A stretch of DNA of 64,000 nucleotides from Guillardia theta CCMP2712 (GCF_000315625.1 NW_005434552.1:112127-176126); one strand, 5' to 3'. Counted from the stretch's first letter, positions 39,165 through 52,577 are shown. The notes: generated by a model from the sequence alone, not told the origin. Numbers and translations are program-made.

Positions 39165-42100
39165 TCAAAGGCGGCGTGAACGCCGTCCCTGAGCAGAGGA
39201 AGGTACCGGACGTCGCTCACGCTGTTTGGCCCTGTCGTAGCGTTGAACCAAATTGCGAAGCGCTCGAGTGCGAACGAGATGTTCCACTGGTTCCCAGGTG
39301 TCATCAGCAGAGGAGAAACCTTTCCAGCGAACGAGATACTCCTTGCGTCCGCGCTGCGTTCGATCAGCGAGTAGGCGCTCCACTTCATAGAAGTCCGGGA
39401 GAGGCTGGGGAGGCGGAGCGGAGTCCAGCTGGGGCTGTCGTTGAATGTGAGGACGAAGAAACTTGGCGTTGAAGACGTCGATGGTCATCCTGGGGAAACG
39501 TTGCTGCACGTTGATTCTGTAGTTGTTGTTGGATAAGACTTCAGTGATCACAAAGGGTCCCAGAAACTTTTCACGAAACTTGCGCACTTCAAAGGTTTGA
39601 TTGAAGAGTCGTGCATCCAGCCACACCTGATCACCAACGTGCCAGTTGAGAACTCTGCGCGTCTGAAGTAAAGCAGCTTCGGTGCGATTGGCCATTGCTG
39701 CGAGCTTGTCGCGCACGACATTCTCATTCACCTGGATGAGATCAAGTGTAGATTGCACCTCAGGAATCACCGGACTGAGCGTCAAGTCCATGGCGGAGCG
39801 AGGATTGCGACCGTACTCCACTTGAAAGGCCGAGAGACCCGTTTCCTTGCGAGGCGCATGGTTGAGGGCAAACTCGAGAAAAGGAAGATGAGAGCTCCAA
39901 TCGTCACGAGCGGCGGTCAGGCGCGTCCTGAGCATGTCGAGGATGGTAGCGTTTGCGCGTTCCACCCGGCCATTGCTCTGAGGTGATACTTTGGATGAGT
40001 GGCGACCTGTACACCCAGAGTCTCAAACAACGCATCCCAGAAGCGGGNNNNNNNNNNNNNNNNNNNNNNNNNNNNNNNNNNNNNNNNNNNNNNNNNNNNN
40101 NNNNNNNNNNNNNNNNNNNNNNNNNNNNNNNNNNNNNNNNNNNNNNNNNNNNNNNNNNNNNNNNNNNNNNNNNNNNNNNNNNNNNNNNNGTCAACCATGA
40201 CGAAGATGGCGTCATAGCCTTCAGAGGTAATGGGAAGTCCGCTGAGAATGTCAACGGAGAGTACGTCGAATTTGTCAGCCGGAACGTCATGGCTCTTTGG
40301 AAGCCCCACAGGCCTCTGCTTGTATGCCTTGGCGGCTTGGCAGGTCAGACAAGAATGCACATAATTCTCAACATCACGCTTCATGTTGGACCAATATACC
40401 TTGGTGGCCAGGTCGAGATATGTCTTGTCAGAGCCGAGGTGACCCGCTTCGTCATGGCCCATGCGGAGTATGGCTGGCCGCATGGCGATGGGGATGCAGA
40501 TGCGACGACGACCCAAGGAGTCTTGATGGAAGAGCAGTTCGTCTTGGTAGATGAACGACTTGCATCCTGGTTGTCCTACCAGCTCGCCGTCACGTCCTAG
40601 TTGAAAGAGGATCTGGAAGTCCGGGCAGGTCGCATAGTGATGGAGGAGCTGTTGAGAGAAGTTGGCATTGGTCAGGATCTGGATGTGATGCAAACCCACG
40701 AGGAGATCTCTGGCCATGTCGTCAATGCGCGTCTCGCGAGCTGCAGCGGATGCCGGATCGGGCGAGGAGTCGACCACACGGCTGAGCGCATCGGCAACAG
40801 AATTCTGTTCCCCTGGGATGTGCTCGATTTCCATATCGTACTGCAGGAAGATAGACAGCCATCTGGCAAGGCGAGGGGATAGCTCAGGCTGAGTCGTCAG
40901 GCGAATCAAGCTATGATGATCGGTTTTGACTTTGAAGCGGCGTCCGATGAGGTAGTAGGAGAAGTTCTTCAAACTCTCCTTGAGAGCCAAGAGCTCGCGT
41001 TCATAGGTCGAATAGTTGCGTTCAGCGGAAGACAGCTTCTTGCTATAGTAGGCGATTGGATGCTCATTGCCATGTCGATCGCGTTGATGTAGAGTTGCGC
41101 CAATGGCTAGGTCACTAGCATCGGTGTACAGGATGGTCGCACGATCCTGCTGAAAGTGCCACAAGACTGGAGTCGTGGCTAATGCCTGTTTCAAGGCATC
41201 AAATGCGATCTGAGCAGATTTAGTCCACACGAAACGGCGCTGACTGTTCTGTAAGAGATCTGACAGCGTAGAGGATAGGCGCGCATAGTTGCTGACGAAT
41301 TTGCGATAGAAGTTTGCCATCCCAAGGAATGTACGCAGTTGTTTGACGGAAGCCGGCGTCGGATATTGTTGAATGGCCTGGACCTTGTTAGGCTCCGTGG
41401 CGATGCCAGCTTGGGTGATGGTATACCCCAAGAAATCAAGCTGCTGTTGCATGAATAAGCACTTGCTACGTTTGACATAAACTCTGTGCTCACGGAAGCG
41501 CTGCAGGACGCGGCGAATATCCTCGAGATGCGCTTCTTGCGTGCCCGCTGTACAGAGGAGCACATCATCAACGTACACAAGCGCGTTGGGGATATCAGCC
41601 AGTATACCTTGCGTAAACTTTTGGAAGGCGGCCGTCGCTGTTTTCAGACCGAACGGAAGCGCTTTGAATTTGTAAGCCCCTTGCTCAGTCACAAATCCTG
41701 TGTACTGACTGCTCTGAGGTGTGAGCTTCAGTTGCCAAAACCCGCTAGCTAAGTCGACTTTGCTCAACCATAGCGGAGTACCTGGCGGGTTTGCTGCCAG
41801 TTGGCGCCCCACACGCTCCATGAGTTCTGTGGGAATGGGAGGGGGAAAATTGTCATCGATGAGTTGTGCATTAACTTGCCGATAGTCCACACAGAAGCGC
41901 CAGATGGGCTCACCATTAGGCGAGGTGCCTTTGCGGACGAAGATAACCGGACTCTGGTAAAGAGCATTGTCGTCCCGTTCAATGAGGTCGCGCTCCAGCA
42001 GGAAGCGAAGTGTGTTTCCCATCGGAGTTTGAAGCGCCGAGGGAAGACGATATGGACGAAGACGCACCGGCTGCGCGCCTTCGCGAACCTTCAGGTCGAC

Positions 42101-44359
42101 ATCATACTCTCCGCGAGAGATGGGAGCCTGGATTGGAAGTTCATCGACAATGACGTCGTCGAAGTCCTTGATCAGCTGCTGAAGTAATGCCGCGACGGCG
42201 GCGTCAAGGGATTCGGGACTCGGATCCGACGGGGCGTGCATCGTAGTCGGAAACTCTTCTGTCAGCGACGTCATGATCCAAGGGAATTCATCGGGACCCA
42301 GAGGTCGCGATCCTGCTAGATCGTGTCGCATGTCGTGACACAGCGTGTCAGCACTGTGGTGAAATATGCAAGCACCCGCAGGCGTCGTTTGCGCTGAGGA
42401 TGTAGCAGCCGGCAGACCACGCGGGAACATCATAGCGACAGGAAGCTGCTGTCGACGTCCGGGGTAGGTCGAGGAGGGAATGGAAATCCGTCGTTCATAG
42501 AAGTCGATCTGCATCTTTAACTTCGTGATGAACGGGTGGCTCAGAATGGCGGGCAGCGCCGCGTGTGCATCAAGGATGAGGAACTCCTCCTGAGCCCTGA
42601 CGTCAGTGCCTGTGATCCGGAAGTCAAGGTGACATGCGTCCCGAACTATAACCGATCTGTCGTCCTTGGCGAACTGGACCTTCACCGGGGTGGCGATCTT
42701 GTGCGTAGATAACCTGAGTTCGTCTACAATCGCACGCGAGAGAATGGATGCCTGCGCCCCCGTGTCCAGGAGCGCCAGGATTTCTCTGGGTTGTTCTGCT
42801 CGTTCCGACTCAATTTGAATGGGCAGGTAGAGCAGGTTGGAGTCGATGTCTGCCGCCTGAGTCAGCGTCGAGGCGGTCTGAACTGTCAGCGTATTCATTT
42901 GCAGCAAGTCTTGTGCTTCGCCATCAAACTGCACGTGGTGGCGTCGACGAGACTGAGCGTCAGCACGCTTACCCTGCCGAGTCGTCACGGCAGCGGTAGT
43001 GGGCTCGTCCTCTTCACCAGAGGGGAATTGTTCATCTTCGCGCGCTGGCGAGGACGATGCACGAGGGGATCGTGCGCGGGCCTGATGAGGGCTCTGGCTG
43101 CGACGAGCTCGTCGGCAGTCCTTAGCATAGTGTCCCGAGCGTCCACATGCATGGCAGATGACATTGCGGCGCTCGGCGCTGGGTGATCGAGAAGGCTGTC
43201 GCTCCTGGCGACGGCCGTTATCCCGTCGTTGATCCCTGGACGAGTGACGTCCTGAGCGACCCCTGCCCGTGCCAGGGCCGGACTGGTATCGTGGGGCCGG
43301 TGTGTGCTGCGGATTGCCCCCCGAACGAGACTGACCCGGGACTCCCGTGACAGCAGGGGTTCCCTTACCTCGAGTGGGCTTACCCGCAAGCACATGCGAC
43401 GTCAAAGCATTCAGCTGTTTGACGGACCCATCTGGCATCGTGCAGTGGGCATACGCATCTAGTGAGACGCAATATGTGGCGAGCTGGAGAAACGTCGGCT
43501 CCGATCCTGTCGTTTGCAGATGGGAGGCACTCCATGCATTGAGGAGAAGCTTCGTTGTGACGTTAGTGATGCCCGTTGCAAAGCGTTCACGCAGGATCAC
43601 ATCGGTGGCGAATGCCGCACCACCGGGAATGAGATCTAGTTGTTCTTTGAGAAGCTTCGTACGCTTGTAGTATGTTGCCATGGATTCTTGCGGCTCCTGA
43701 CGGAGGTGATCCAGACAGGCAACGAGTTGTGCTCGAAGTCCCAATGGCATGTGTTGGGACTTGAGCTGGGTGGCGAACTTCACCCAGGGAAGCTCTCGAA
43801 GTTCGGTAGCCGAATAGGCTTGCACATAGTAGTCGCGTGCCGCCTGGTCCAAGAAATCCAGGGCACAAAGAACCCAGCAGGCTGTGGGTATCTGATGCAA
43901 CTCTAGTTCATACTGCATAGCTGTGAGCCATGTGAGAATGTTGCGTTGTGGTGACTGCCTCGTAGTGTCCAGCTTTGGCACTGAGCGCAACTTTGCCACC
44001 ATCTGAGCATGTGTGTCACCTGACACATTGGAGCGTCCCGCCGCTGCGGGATGCTGTCCAGTAGAAGCAGCCGGCGTCGGCGCCGCGGGCTGCTGAGGGG
44101 CCATCAGAGCACCCATCTGAAAGGCGGCGGCTAGTTGCGCCTGCAGCAAGGCCACTTGTTGCGCGAGACCCTCCATCGTAAGCGTCTCCGTGGGCACACC
44201 AAAGGTTTGTGGCAGTTGCTGGGTATCTTCCTCCTGAGGGAGCAAATCCTCCGTATCGCTGTGACCCGCCGCAGACTGCCATTCCGTATCAGAAAGCAGT
44301 GCGTCTCCGGTCGCTGTCTGTTTGCTAGCGTGAGCAGTGCGACGTGTATAATGTGTCAT
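39165..44359 (-). CDS. Gag-Pol polyprotein: gag zinc knuckle, aspartic protease, RT, RNase H, integrase, chromodomain
   Basis: CHACGRSGHYAKDC; LLDTGA; WRFCVDYR, LPFGL, YVDD; TDASD...YERELLA. Integrase HDEAGH...CLTC and ERANATILDMLR; chromodomain FYEVERLL...EYLVRWKGFSSADDTWEP. Gap at 40048-40189 and a 1-nt frameshift at ~39983. Confidence 0.95.
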
Positions 44360-44449
44360 CAGGGGTAGGCAGGGGAAAGGGGGAAAGTAGAAACACGGTC
44401 ACCACAATTCCGCAAGATAACACTGCACCAACACTTCACTACCAATTTA

Positions 44450-44941
44450 TGTTACACCCCGAAGCTTTACGGGTTGCACACTAGCCAAGCGAATGCTCAA
44501 TGAACCTCCGCTGGATCACACAGAAGGTGCTAGATAGTATTATCAAGCTTTATTGCAGCAACCACACCAACACAGGGAAATGCGTGGTACACAGAGGGAG
44601 GGAAGACAGACCCCCTAGAGATGAAGATCTTGATCCTTTTATAGCCCTGTGGGAGTCCCAGGGGTAGTGGTCCTCGCTTGCACGAGTCTTCCTGCCTCGT
44701 GCCGTCGCTATGGCCCCTTTGGTCCATGCGCTGCTCCTGTTCTTGTTTCTACCAGAAAGGAGAGCTCCACCGGTGCTTGATAGGGAAACCGTCCCGGAGG
44801 GGTCCGACTTCTGAACCAAAGTAGCCGTTAGAGAATCACTGTCTTTCGTCTGGATAGTTGTAGAGGCTATCCTTGTGTGCTGTCCACATTTCGAGTGTTG
44901 ACCACTCCTGTGTTGGGCTCGCTAGCCTATGAGCTCTGATA
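44450..44941 (-). repeat. 5' LTR
   Basis: No difference seen from 38568-39059. Confidence 0.95.
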
Positions 44942-46548
44942 GCATGTCAACATGTTGTACAAGCAAGCGAAGGAGGAGAGCAGATGGTGGCGGTGGTTGA
45001 GGTGAAGGGCCCACAGCAAACATCCCAAGCGATCAAATAGGAAAAAGGGAGGAGGAGGAAGTTAAAAGTTGGTGATGGTTGCAAAGGTCACAAGGGCGAC
45101 TGCGCTGGGAAAGCAGGAGGAGGAGGAGAGGGGGTTGGGCAGGGGGGGGCAGGGGAGGAGGAGGAGACCAGGGTACGGCAGACACGCAGGAAAAAAGAGC
45201 TCAGTGCATGTCAACATGTTGTACAAGCAAGCAAGGAGAGAACAAAAGGAGGTTGGACGACATGGAATGGTCCAAGGGCGGGCAGGGCGCTGGTGGCGAT
45301 AGAGAGAGAGCAGCGTCAGACTTCAGCATGCCCGAGCGACGGAGATACGGGACGACTGGAACATGAGGGACAAGGCAAACGGCGAGCAGAAGCGAAGCCA
45401 GAAAGAACAGCTCCCAGAAGCCGCAGGGGAGGGGAGGAGGCAGGGCAGGGCATGCGAGCTCGCCGGACGGGTGGTGTAGAGAGACGGGAGGGGTGTTTCG
45501 ATGAGCCTGGGAGCCCAGCCAGCCGGGGTGGGGGTGGGGCGAGGTAGNNNNNNNNNNNNNNNNNNNNNNNNNNNNNNNNNNNNNNNNNNNNNNNNNNNNN
45601 NNNNNNNNNNNNNNNNNNNNNNNNNNNNNNNNNNNNNNNNNNNNNNNNNNNNNNNNNNNNNNNNNNNNNNNNNNNNNNNNNNNNNNNNNNNNNNNNNNNN
45701 NNNNNNNNNNNNNNNNNNNNNNNNNGAGCTTGCAGGGGGGAGGATGCACCCCCCTAGTTTGGCTCCCTCACCACCCCCACCCCTCGAGACTCCTGTCGCC
45801 TTCCTGTCATGGCGACGGAGGTTGGTCGCAGGGAGGAGGCGGCGGGAGGCGAAGGTCGGCGGGCAGGGGCAGAGCACGGGGGAGGGGGGAAGGGGGGAGA
45901 GGAGGGAGGGGAGAGTGAAGGGGAGCGGGGAGGAGGCGTAGGGGACGGGAGTTGATTGGGAGGACAAAGAAGGGAAGGCAAGCGAGAGGGCAGTAGGGGA
46001 GGCAAGAGGAAGAGCGATAGAGACGCAGGCAGGAGGGGACGATACGGGCATAGAGGGCAAGCCATGCAGTGCCGACATGTCTGACATGTGCATGCAGGCA
46101 TACACTCTCCCGGGTAGGTAGCAGATGACAGGAGAATGCGAAAGCGACGGGGATGAGGACGAGACGGATGGAGAGTGAGCAGCAAGCCGACAAGCGATGG
46201 GGAGGACAGAGAGTACAGGGCGACCGGTGATGGGAGGGAGAGCGACGGGCAGCAGCGAGAGGAGGCGACGACTCAACAGACTGGAGCAGGAGGGAGCAAG
46301 GAGGCAGCGCGCGGGCAGGCCAGCGAGAGCCTGAAGCGCAAAGACGTCAACGTCGTGTCGTTGAGGAGGAGGAGGTCGGGGGATGGGCAGCAGACATGGG
46401 TCAGGTTAATCAATGCTGACGTTTTCTTCTGTCAGCGCTGTTATGTTTGTATCTCCTTGCATCTTACAACAGCATGTATGCTATCCTCTATGCCTCCGCT
46501 GACGCCCCTCCCCTCTTCACATCGCCGGGGGGGGCCTCCCTCCCCTCT

Positions 46549-46915
46549 TCACATCTCCTCCTCGTCCTCGCACGACAAGTACCACTCCAGCCAGTGCGCG
46601 TCGATGGCTTGCGAGGAAGGCTCGGGTGCTGACTCTGTGTGCGACCCTGGTGTCTCCCCCCGGCTCTGCGGGCTGCTCGTTCCCTCCCCGTCGATCCTCG
46701 GCGTCGTCCTGCTGCTTGACGACACCCCGCGCTGCTCGTCTCCGCTCCTCCGCTGCCCTGCGACGCCGTCCAGACGCTCGCCGGGCCCCGGCGAGGCGGC
46801 ACATCTCGCTCGGGCGGCGCTCGTTGCCCATGCCCGCTCCTCGTCGCGCTCGCGCCTGCCCCGGCCCCTGCCTCTGCCCCTGCCCTGCTCCTCTCTGACC
46901 GCCGACTCCTCCTAT

Positions 46916-46946
<31 letters not shown>

Positions 46947-47267
46947 CCGAGGCCGAGGAGCAGGGCCTGGTTCCCTGCCCTCCCGTCGCGCAGCTCAGCG
47001 TACGGCCATCGCTGCACCCCGAGGAGGCGACAAGATCGCTTGAGCGTCGTCAACGAGATGCCCTGCCAGCGTCGTCAGGCGCATGCGAGCAAGCTTGCTC
47101 GAGCTCGCGCTCGCGCTCACCAGGAACTTGGCCGCGTCCTTCTGTCGCATGTGGAAGAGAGGCTCGATGATGGTGAGGTCGAGCTGCACGTCGTAGGCGC
47201 TTGCTCCTTCCCCTGCTCGCTTGGGGGTGACGGTGACGGAGTCTCTTGCCTTGGGTTGCTCGCTCAT
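46549..47267 (-). CDS. RWP-RK domain transcription factor (left-arm copy)
   Basis: Exon 1 VQLDLTIIEPLFHMRQKDAAKFL, a gtgagc...ctggcag intron, exon 2 GISLTTLKRSCRLLGVQRWPY. The probable C-terminus WLEWYLSCEDEEEM* is in another frame, so a further intron or a frameshift is required. Confidence 0.85.
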
Positions 47268-48127
47268 CCCCTCAGTCTCTCGGGCCCCTCATCCGCGAGC
47301 TCTGACCCACCCCCGGGCCAGGACGGCCCCTCGTCCTCGAGTCCTCACCTGAGCTCTAGGGGGCTTGAGCTTGCTCGTGCGAGGGGGGGCAGGCGCGAGA
47401 GAAGAGAGTCGAGGCGATGACTGGAGTGATGTTGGGGACGGAAGGGGAGGGTAGACGGTCTACTGCTGCTGCTGCTGCTCCCTCCCCTTCCTTCTTGCTC
47501 TCCGCCCTGCCGCCATGCGCCGGGCGTCCGCCTGGGCGTGGTGATTTTTTTAGGAGATTTTTTTGTTAGTCTTTTTTAGTCTTTGTTTGGTCGGGTAGGG
47601 TGGGTGGAGTGTAGGGGGTAGGGGTGAAATTTGAAAGTGTATGTGCGGTTTCGGCGTTTGATTTTGGTCATCCTGCAGGAGTACGGAGGGGTGCTTTAGA
47701 GGGTGTGCGGTTGGGGTAAAAGGGAGGGGTAGGGGGTAGACAGACCGGATGTTCAGGGAGTGGGGAGGGGTCCAAAAAGGGTCACGACGACCCGTACTGC
47801 ATCCCAATCGCTCCAACTTGCTGATGGGACGATACTCTTTGCTGTTTTTTTACACCTCAATCTTGGTCAAACCATTTGTCTTGCGAGTGCGAATCGTGAA
47901 GAAGAATGCTGCAAATGAGCACAGTTTGTTTTGATGTTTCAAAGATGCAGAGAACAACAACGATAAAGGCCCAAAAACACATTATTCGACTTCAAAGCAT
48001 GCATGCTGATTTCATTTGGCAGTGATTCCCATACAAGATTCAATCTTATTGATATCAGAGAAGACAAATATAAGGGAAACTGAAAGAAAAGTTATCATCA
48101 TCACCCATGAGCAATTCAGCAATGAGC

Positions 48128-51100
48128 ATGCAGTACGGGTTGTCGTGACCCTTTTTGGACCCCTCCCCCACTCCCTGAACATCCGGTCTGTCTACCCCCT
48201 ACCCCCCCTTTTACCCCAACCGCACACCCTCTAAAGCACCCCTCCGTACTCCTGCAGGATGACCAAAATCAAACGCCGAAACCGCACATACACTTTCAAA
48301 TTTCACCCCTACCCCCTACACTCCACCCACCCTACCCGACCAAACAAAGACTAAAAAAGACTAACAAAAAAATCTCCTAAAAAAATCACCACGCCCAGGC
48401 GGACGCCCGGCGCATGGCGGCAGGGCGGNNNNNNNNNNNNNNNNNNNNNNNNNNNNNNNNNNNNNNNNNNNNNNNNNNNNNNNNNNNNNNNNNNNNNNNN
48501 NNNNNNNNNNNNNNNNNNNNNNNNNNNNNNNNNNNNNNNNNNNNNNNNNNNNNNNNNNNNNNNNNNNNNNNNNNNNNNNNNNNNNNNNNNNNNNNNNNNN
48601 NNNNNNNNNNNNNNNNNNNNNNNNNNNNNNNNNNNNNNNNNNNNNNNNNNNNNNNNNNNNNNNNNNNNNNNNNNNNNNNNNNNNNNNNNNNNNNNNNNNN
48701 NNNNNNNNNNNNNNNNNNNNNNNNNNNNNNNNNNNNNNNNNNNNNNNNNNNNNNNNNNNNNNNNNNNNNNNNNNNNNNNNNNNNNNNNNNNNNNNNNNNN
48801 NNNNNNNNNNNNNNNNNNNNNNNNNNNNNNNNNNNNNNNNNNNNNNNNNNNNNNNNNNNNNNNNNNNNNNNNNNNNNNNNNNNNNNNNNNNNNNNNNNNN
48901 NNNNNNNNNNNNNNNNNNNNNNNNNNNNNNNNNNNNNNNNNNNNNNNNNNNNNNNNNNNNNNNNNNNNNNNNNNNNNNNNNNNNNNNNNNNNNNNNNNNN
49001 NNNNNNNNNNNNNNNNNNNNNNNNNNNNNNNNNNNNNNNNNNNNNNNNNNNNNNNNNNNNNNNNNNNNNNNNNNNNNNNNNNNNNNNNNNNNNNNNNNNN
49101 NNNNNNNNNNNNNNNNNNNNNNNNNNNNNNNNNNNNNNNNNNNNNNNNNNNNNNNNNNNNNNNNNNNNNNNNNNNNNNNNNNNNNNNNNNNNNNNNNNNN
49201 NNNNNNNNNNNNNNNNNNNNNNNNNNNNNNNNNNNNNNNNNNNNNNNNNNNNNNNNNNNNNNNNNNNNNNNNNNNNNNNNNNNNNNNNNNNNNNNNNNNN
49301 NNNNNNNNNNNNNNNNNNNNNNNNNNNNNNNNNNNNNNNNNNNNNNNNNNNNNNACTTGTCGTGCGAGGACGAGGAGGAGATGTGAAGAGGGGAGGGAGG
49401 ACGAGGAGGAGATGTGAAGAGGGGAGGGGCGTCAGCGGAGGCATAGAGGATAGCATACATGCTGTTGTAAGATGCAAGGAGATACAAACATAACAGCGCT
49501 GACAGGAGAAAACGTCAGCATGCCCGTCGCTCTCCCTCCCATCACCGGTCGCCCTGTACTCTCTGTCCTCCCCATCGCTTGTCGGCTTGCTGCTCACTCT
49601 CCATCCGTCTCGTCCTCATCCCCGTCGCTTTCGCATTCTCCTGTCATCTACTACCTACCCGGCAGAGTGTATGCCTGACAGAAGAAAACGACAGAAGAAA
49701 ACGTCAGCATTGATTAACCTGACCCATGTCTGCTGCCCATCCCCCGACCTCCTCCTCCTCAACGACACGACGTTGACGTCTTTGCGCTTCAGGCTCTCGC
49801 TGGCCTGCCCGCGCGCTGCCTCCTTGCTCCCTCCTGCTCCAGTCTGTTGAGTCGTCGCCTCCTCTCGCTGCTGCCCGTCGCTCTCCCTCCCATCACCGGT
49901 CGCCCTGTACTCTCTGTCCTCCCCATCGCTTGTCGGCTTGCTGCTCACTCTCCATCCGTCTCGTCCTCATCCCCGTCGCTTTCGCATTCTCNNNNNNNNN
50001 NNNNNNNNNNNNNNNNNNNNNNNNNNNNNNNNNNNNNNNNNNNNNNNNNNNNNNNNNNNNNNNNNNNNNNNNNNNNNNNNNNNNNNNNNNNCTACCCGGG
50101 AGAGTGTATGCCTGCATGCACATGTCAGACATGTCGGCACTGCATGGCTTGCCCTCTATGCCCGTATCGTCCCCCTCCTGCCTGCGTCTCTATCGCTCTT
50201 CCTCTNNNNNNNNNNNNNNNNNNNNNNNNNNNNNNNNNNNNNNNNNNNNNNNNNNNNNNNNNNNNNNNNNNNNNNNNNNNNNNNNNNNNNNNNNNNNNNN
50301 NNNNNNNNNNNNNNNNNNNNNNNNNNNNNNNNNNNNNNNNNNNNNNNNNNNNNNNNNNNNNNNNNNNNNNNNNNNNNNNNNNNNNNNNNNNNNNNNNNNN
50401 NNNNNNNNNNNNNNNNNNNNNNNNNNNNNNNNNNNNNNNNNNNNNNNNNNNNNNNNNNNNNNNNNNNNNNNNNNNNNNNNNNNNNNNNNNNNNNNNNNNN
50501 NNNNNNNNNNNNNNNNNNNNNNNNNNNNNNNNNNNNNNNNNNNNNNNNNNNNNNNNNNNNNNNNNNNNNNNNNNNNNNNNNNNNNNNNNNNNNNNNNNNN
50601 NNNNNNNNNNNNNNNNNNNNNNNNNNNNNNNNNNNNNNNNNNNNNNNNNNNNNNNNNNNNNNNNNNNNNNNNNNNNNNNNNNNNNNNNNNNNNNNNNNNN
50701 NNNNNNNNNNNNNNNNNNNNNNNNNNNNNNNNNNNNNNNNNNNNNNNNNNNNNNNNNNNNNNNNNNNNNNNNNNNNNNNNNNNNNNNNNNNNNNNNNNNN
50801 NNNNNNNNNNNNNNNNNNNNNNNNNNNNNNNNNNNNNCCTTGTCCCTCATGTTCCAGTCGTCCCGTATCTCCGTCGCTCGGGCATGCTCAAGTCTGACGC
50901 TGCTCTCTCTCTATCGCCACCAGCGCCCTGCCCGCCCTTGGACCATTCCATGTCGTCCAACCTCCTCATGTTTGTGTTCGATTTTGTTCTCTCCTTGCTT
51001 GCTTGTACAACATGTTGACATGCACTGAGCTCTTTTTTCCTGCGTGTCTGCCGTACCCTGGTCTCCTCCTCCTCCCCTGCCCCCCCCTGCCCAACCCCCT

Positions 51101-52540
51101 CTCCTCCTCCTCTTGCTTTCCCAGCGCAGTCGCCCTTGTGACCTTTGCAACCATCACCAACTTTTAACTTCCTCCTCCTCCCTTTTTCCTATTTGATCGC
51201 TTGGGATGTTTGCTGTGGGCCCTTCACCTCAACCACCGCCACCATCTGCTCTCCTCCTTCGCTTGCTTGTACAACATGTTGACATGCACTGAGCTCTTTT
51301 TCCTGCGTGTCTGCCCTACTTTCGTTTCTCTCCCATCAGCGTGCATGCTGTAAACTTTCAAGCCTTGTCGCCTCGCCTGCTGAGCTCTCCGACCCATCTC
51401 ATGCCCTCACTCACGCCTCGTCAACCATGACTCCCTCCTCTCTACCCCAGCATCCCCTCTCGCCCTCGGCTTCCTCCCGCCTCGTCAACTATTCCCGCAT
51501 CTCTGCCAACAAGGTTTCGTTCCCCTGTGTCGTCGTGATGCCTCCCTCCCTGGATCCTGCATGTTCTCCTGTCCTGCTCTCTTCCTTCCCCTTCACATCT
51601 GGTACTCATCTTGTCACCTACACCACAACAATGTCTTGCATGCCCTACGCTTCTCTCCCTCTCTCCCAATCCCGTCCCCTACGCCTCCTCCCCGGTCCCC
51701 TNNNNNNNNNNNNNNNNNNNNNNNNNNNNNNNNNNNNNNNNNNNNNNNNNNNNNNNNNNNNNNNNNNNNNNNNNNNNNNNNNNNNNNNNNNNNNNNNNNN
51801 NCCCCTCCCTCCTCCCCCCTTCCCCCCTCCCCCCGTGCTCTGCCCCTGCCCGCCGACCTTCGCCTCCCGCCGCCTCCTCCCTGCGACCAATCTCCGTCGC
51901 CATGGCAGGAAGGCGACAGGAGTCTCGAGGGTGGGGTGGTGAGGGAGCCAAACAAGGGGGTGCATCCTCCCCCCTGCAAGCTCCTTGACGCTAGGCCGAG
52001 ACCCCACCCCTGCTCCTCCCATCACCCCACCTCTCCCGATCCCACCGCTTCACCCCTCGCCTCCCTCCTCCCANNNNNNNNNNNNNNNNNNNNNNNNNNN
52101 NNNNNNNNNNNNNNNNNNNNNNNNNNNNNNNNNNNNNNNNNNNNNNNNNNNNNNNNNNNNNNNNNNNNNNNNNCGCCCACCCCCACCCCGGCTGGCTGGG
52201 CTCCCAGGCTCATCGAAACACCCCTCCCGTCTCTCTACACCACCCGTCCGGCGAGCTCGCATGCCCTGCCCTGCCTCCTCCATCACTCTGCCCCCTCCCC
52301 CTGCGTGTTTCTTGATCACTGAAGGCTTGGTCTCTGATCTACCTGCAGATCCCTTCCTCCCCTTGCCGTCGGCTCTGACGTCGTTCTACTCTCCTGCTTC
52401 CTCCCATCGCTCCCGCCCACAGTCTTCCTTCCCCTCAGGAAAGCGCTCGTCCGTGGCTCAGAGCAGCGCACAGGACGCACGTGAGAGTGAGAGACAGACA
52501 GACAGACAGGCAGGCAGGCAGACAGACAGGCAGACAGGCA

Positions 52541-52577
<37 letters not shown>

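Larger units (their letters stand above)
38568..44941 (-). mobile_element. Full-length Ty3/gypsy chromovirus LTR retrotransposon, 5-bp TSD GCATG
   Basis: Two 492-bp LTRs (38568-39059 and 44450-44941), with GCATG at 38563-38567 and 44942-44946. The empty site cagt-gcatg-tcaacatg is present in the other arm (~51275-51291, reverse complement). Confidence 0.97.
36451..47802 (+). repeat. Left arm of large inverted repeat (interrupted by the LTR element)
   Basis: tgaagtagatgtattctgg... at 36451 is the reverse complement of ...atacatctacttca ending at 53574. ...cccgtactgcat ending at 47802 is the reverse complement of atgcagtacggg at 48128. Identical ORFs appear on opposite strands (36530-36790+ and 53235-53495-). 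Confidence 0.95.

Noticed and set aside
39960-40050. Frameshift in integrase as programmed recoding or inactivation
   Set aside because: A single missing C (HPQSNG expected) lies ~65 bp from a contig gap, so it is most likely low-quality sequence.
46549-47267. Calling the RWP-RK gene MID (mating-type determinant)
   Set aside because: Only the generic RWP-RK motif is visible. Orthology cannot be assigned without a phylogeny.
48351-51028. 300-400 aa ORFs in the ORF track
   Set aside because: They consist almost entirely of X from assembly gaps.
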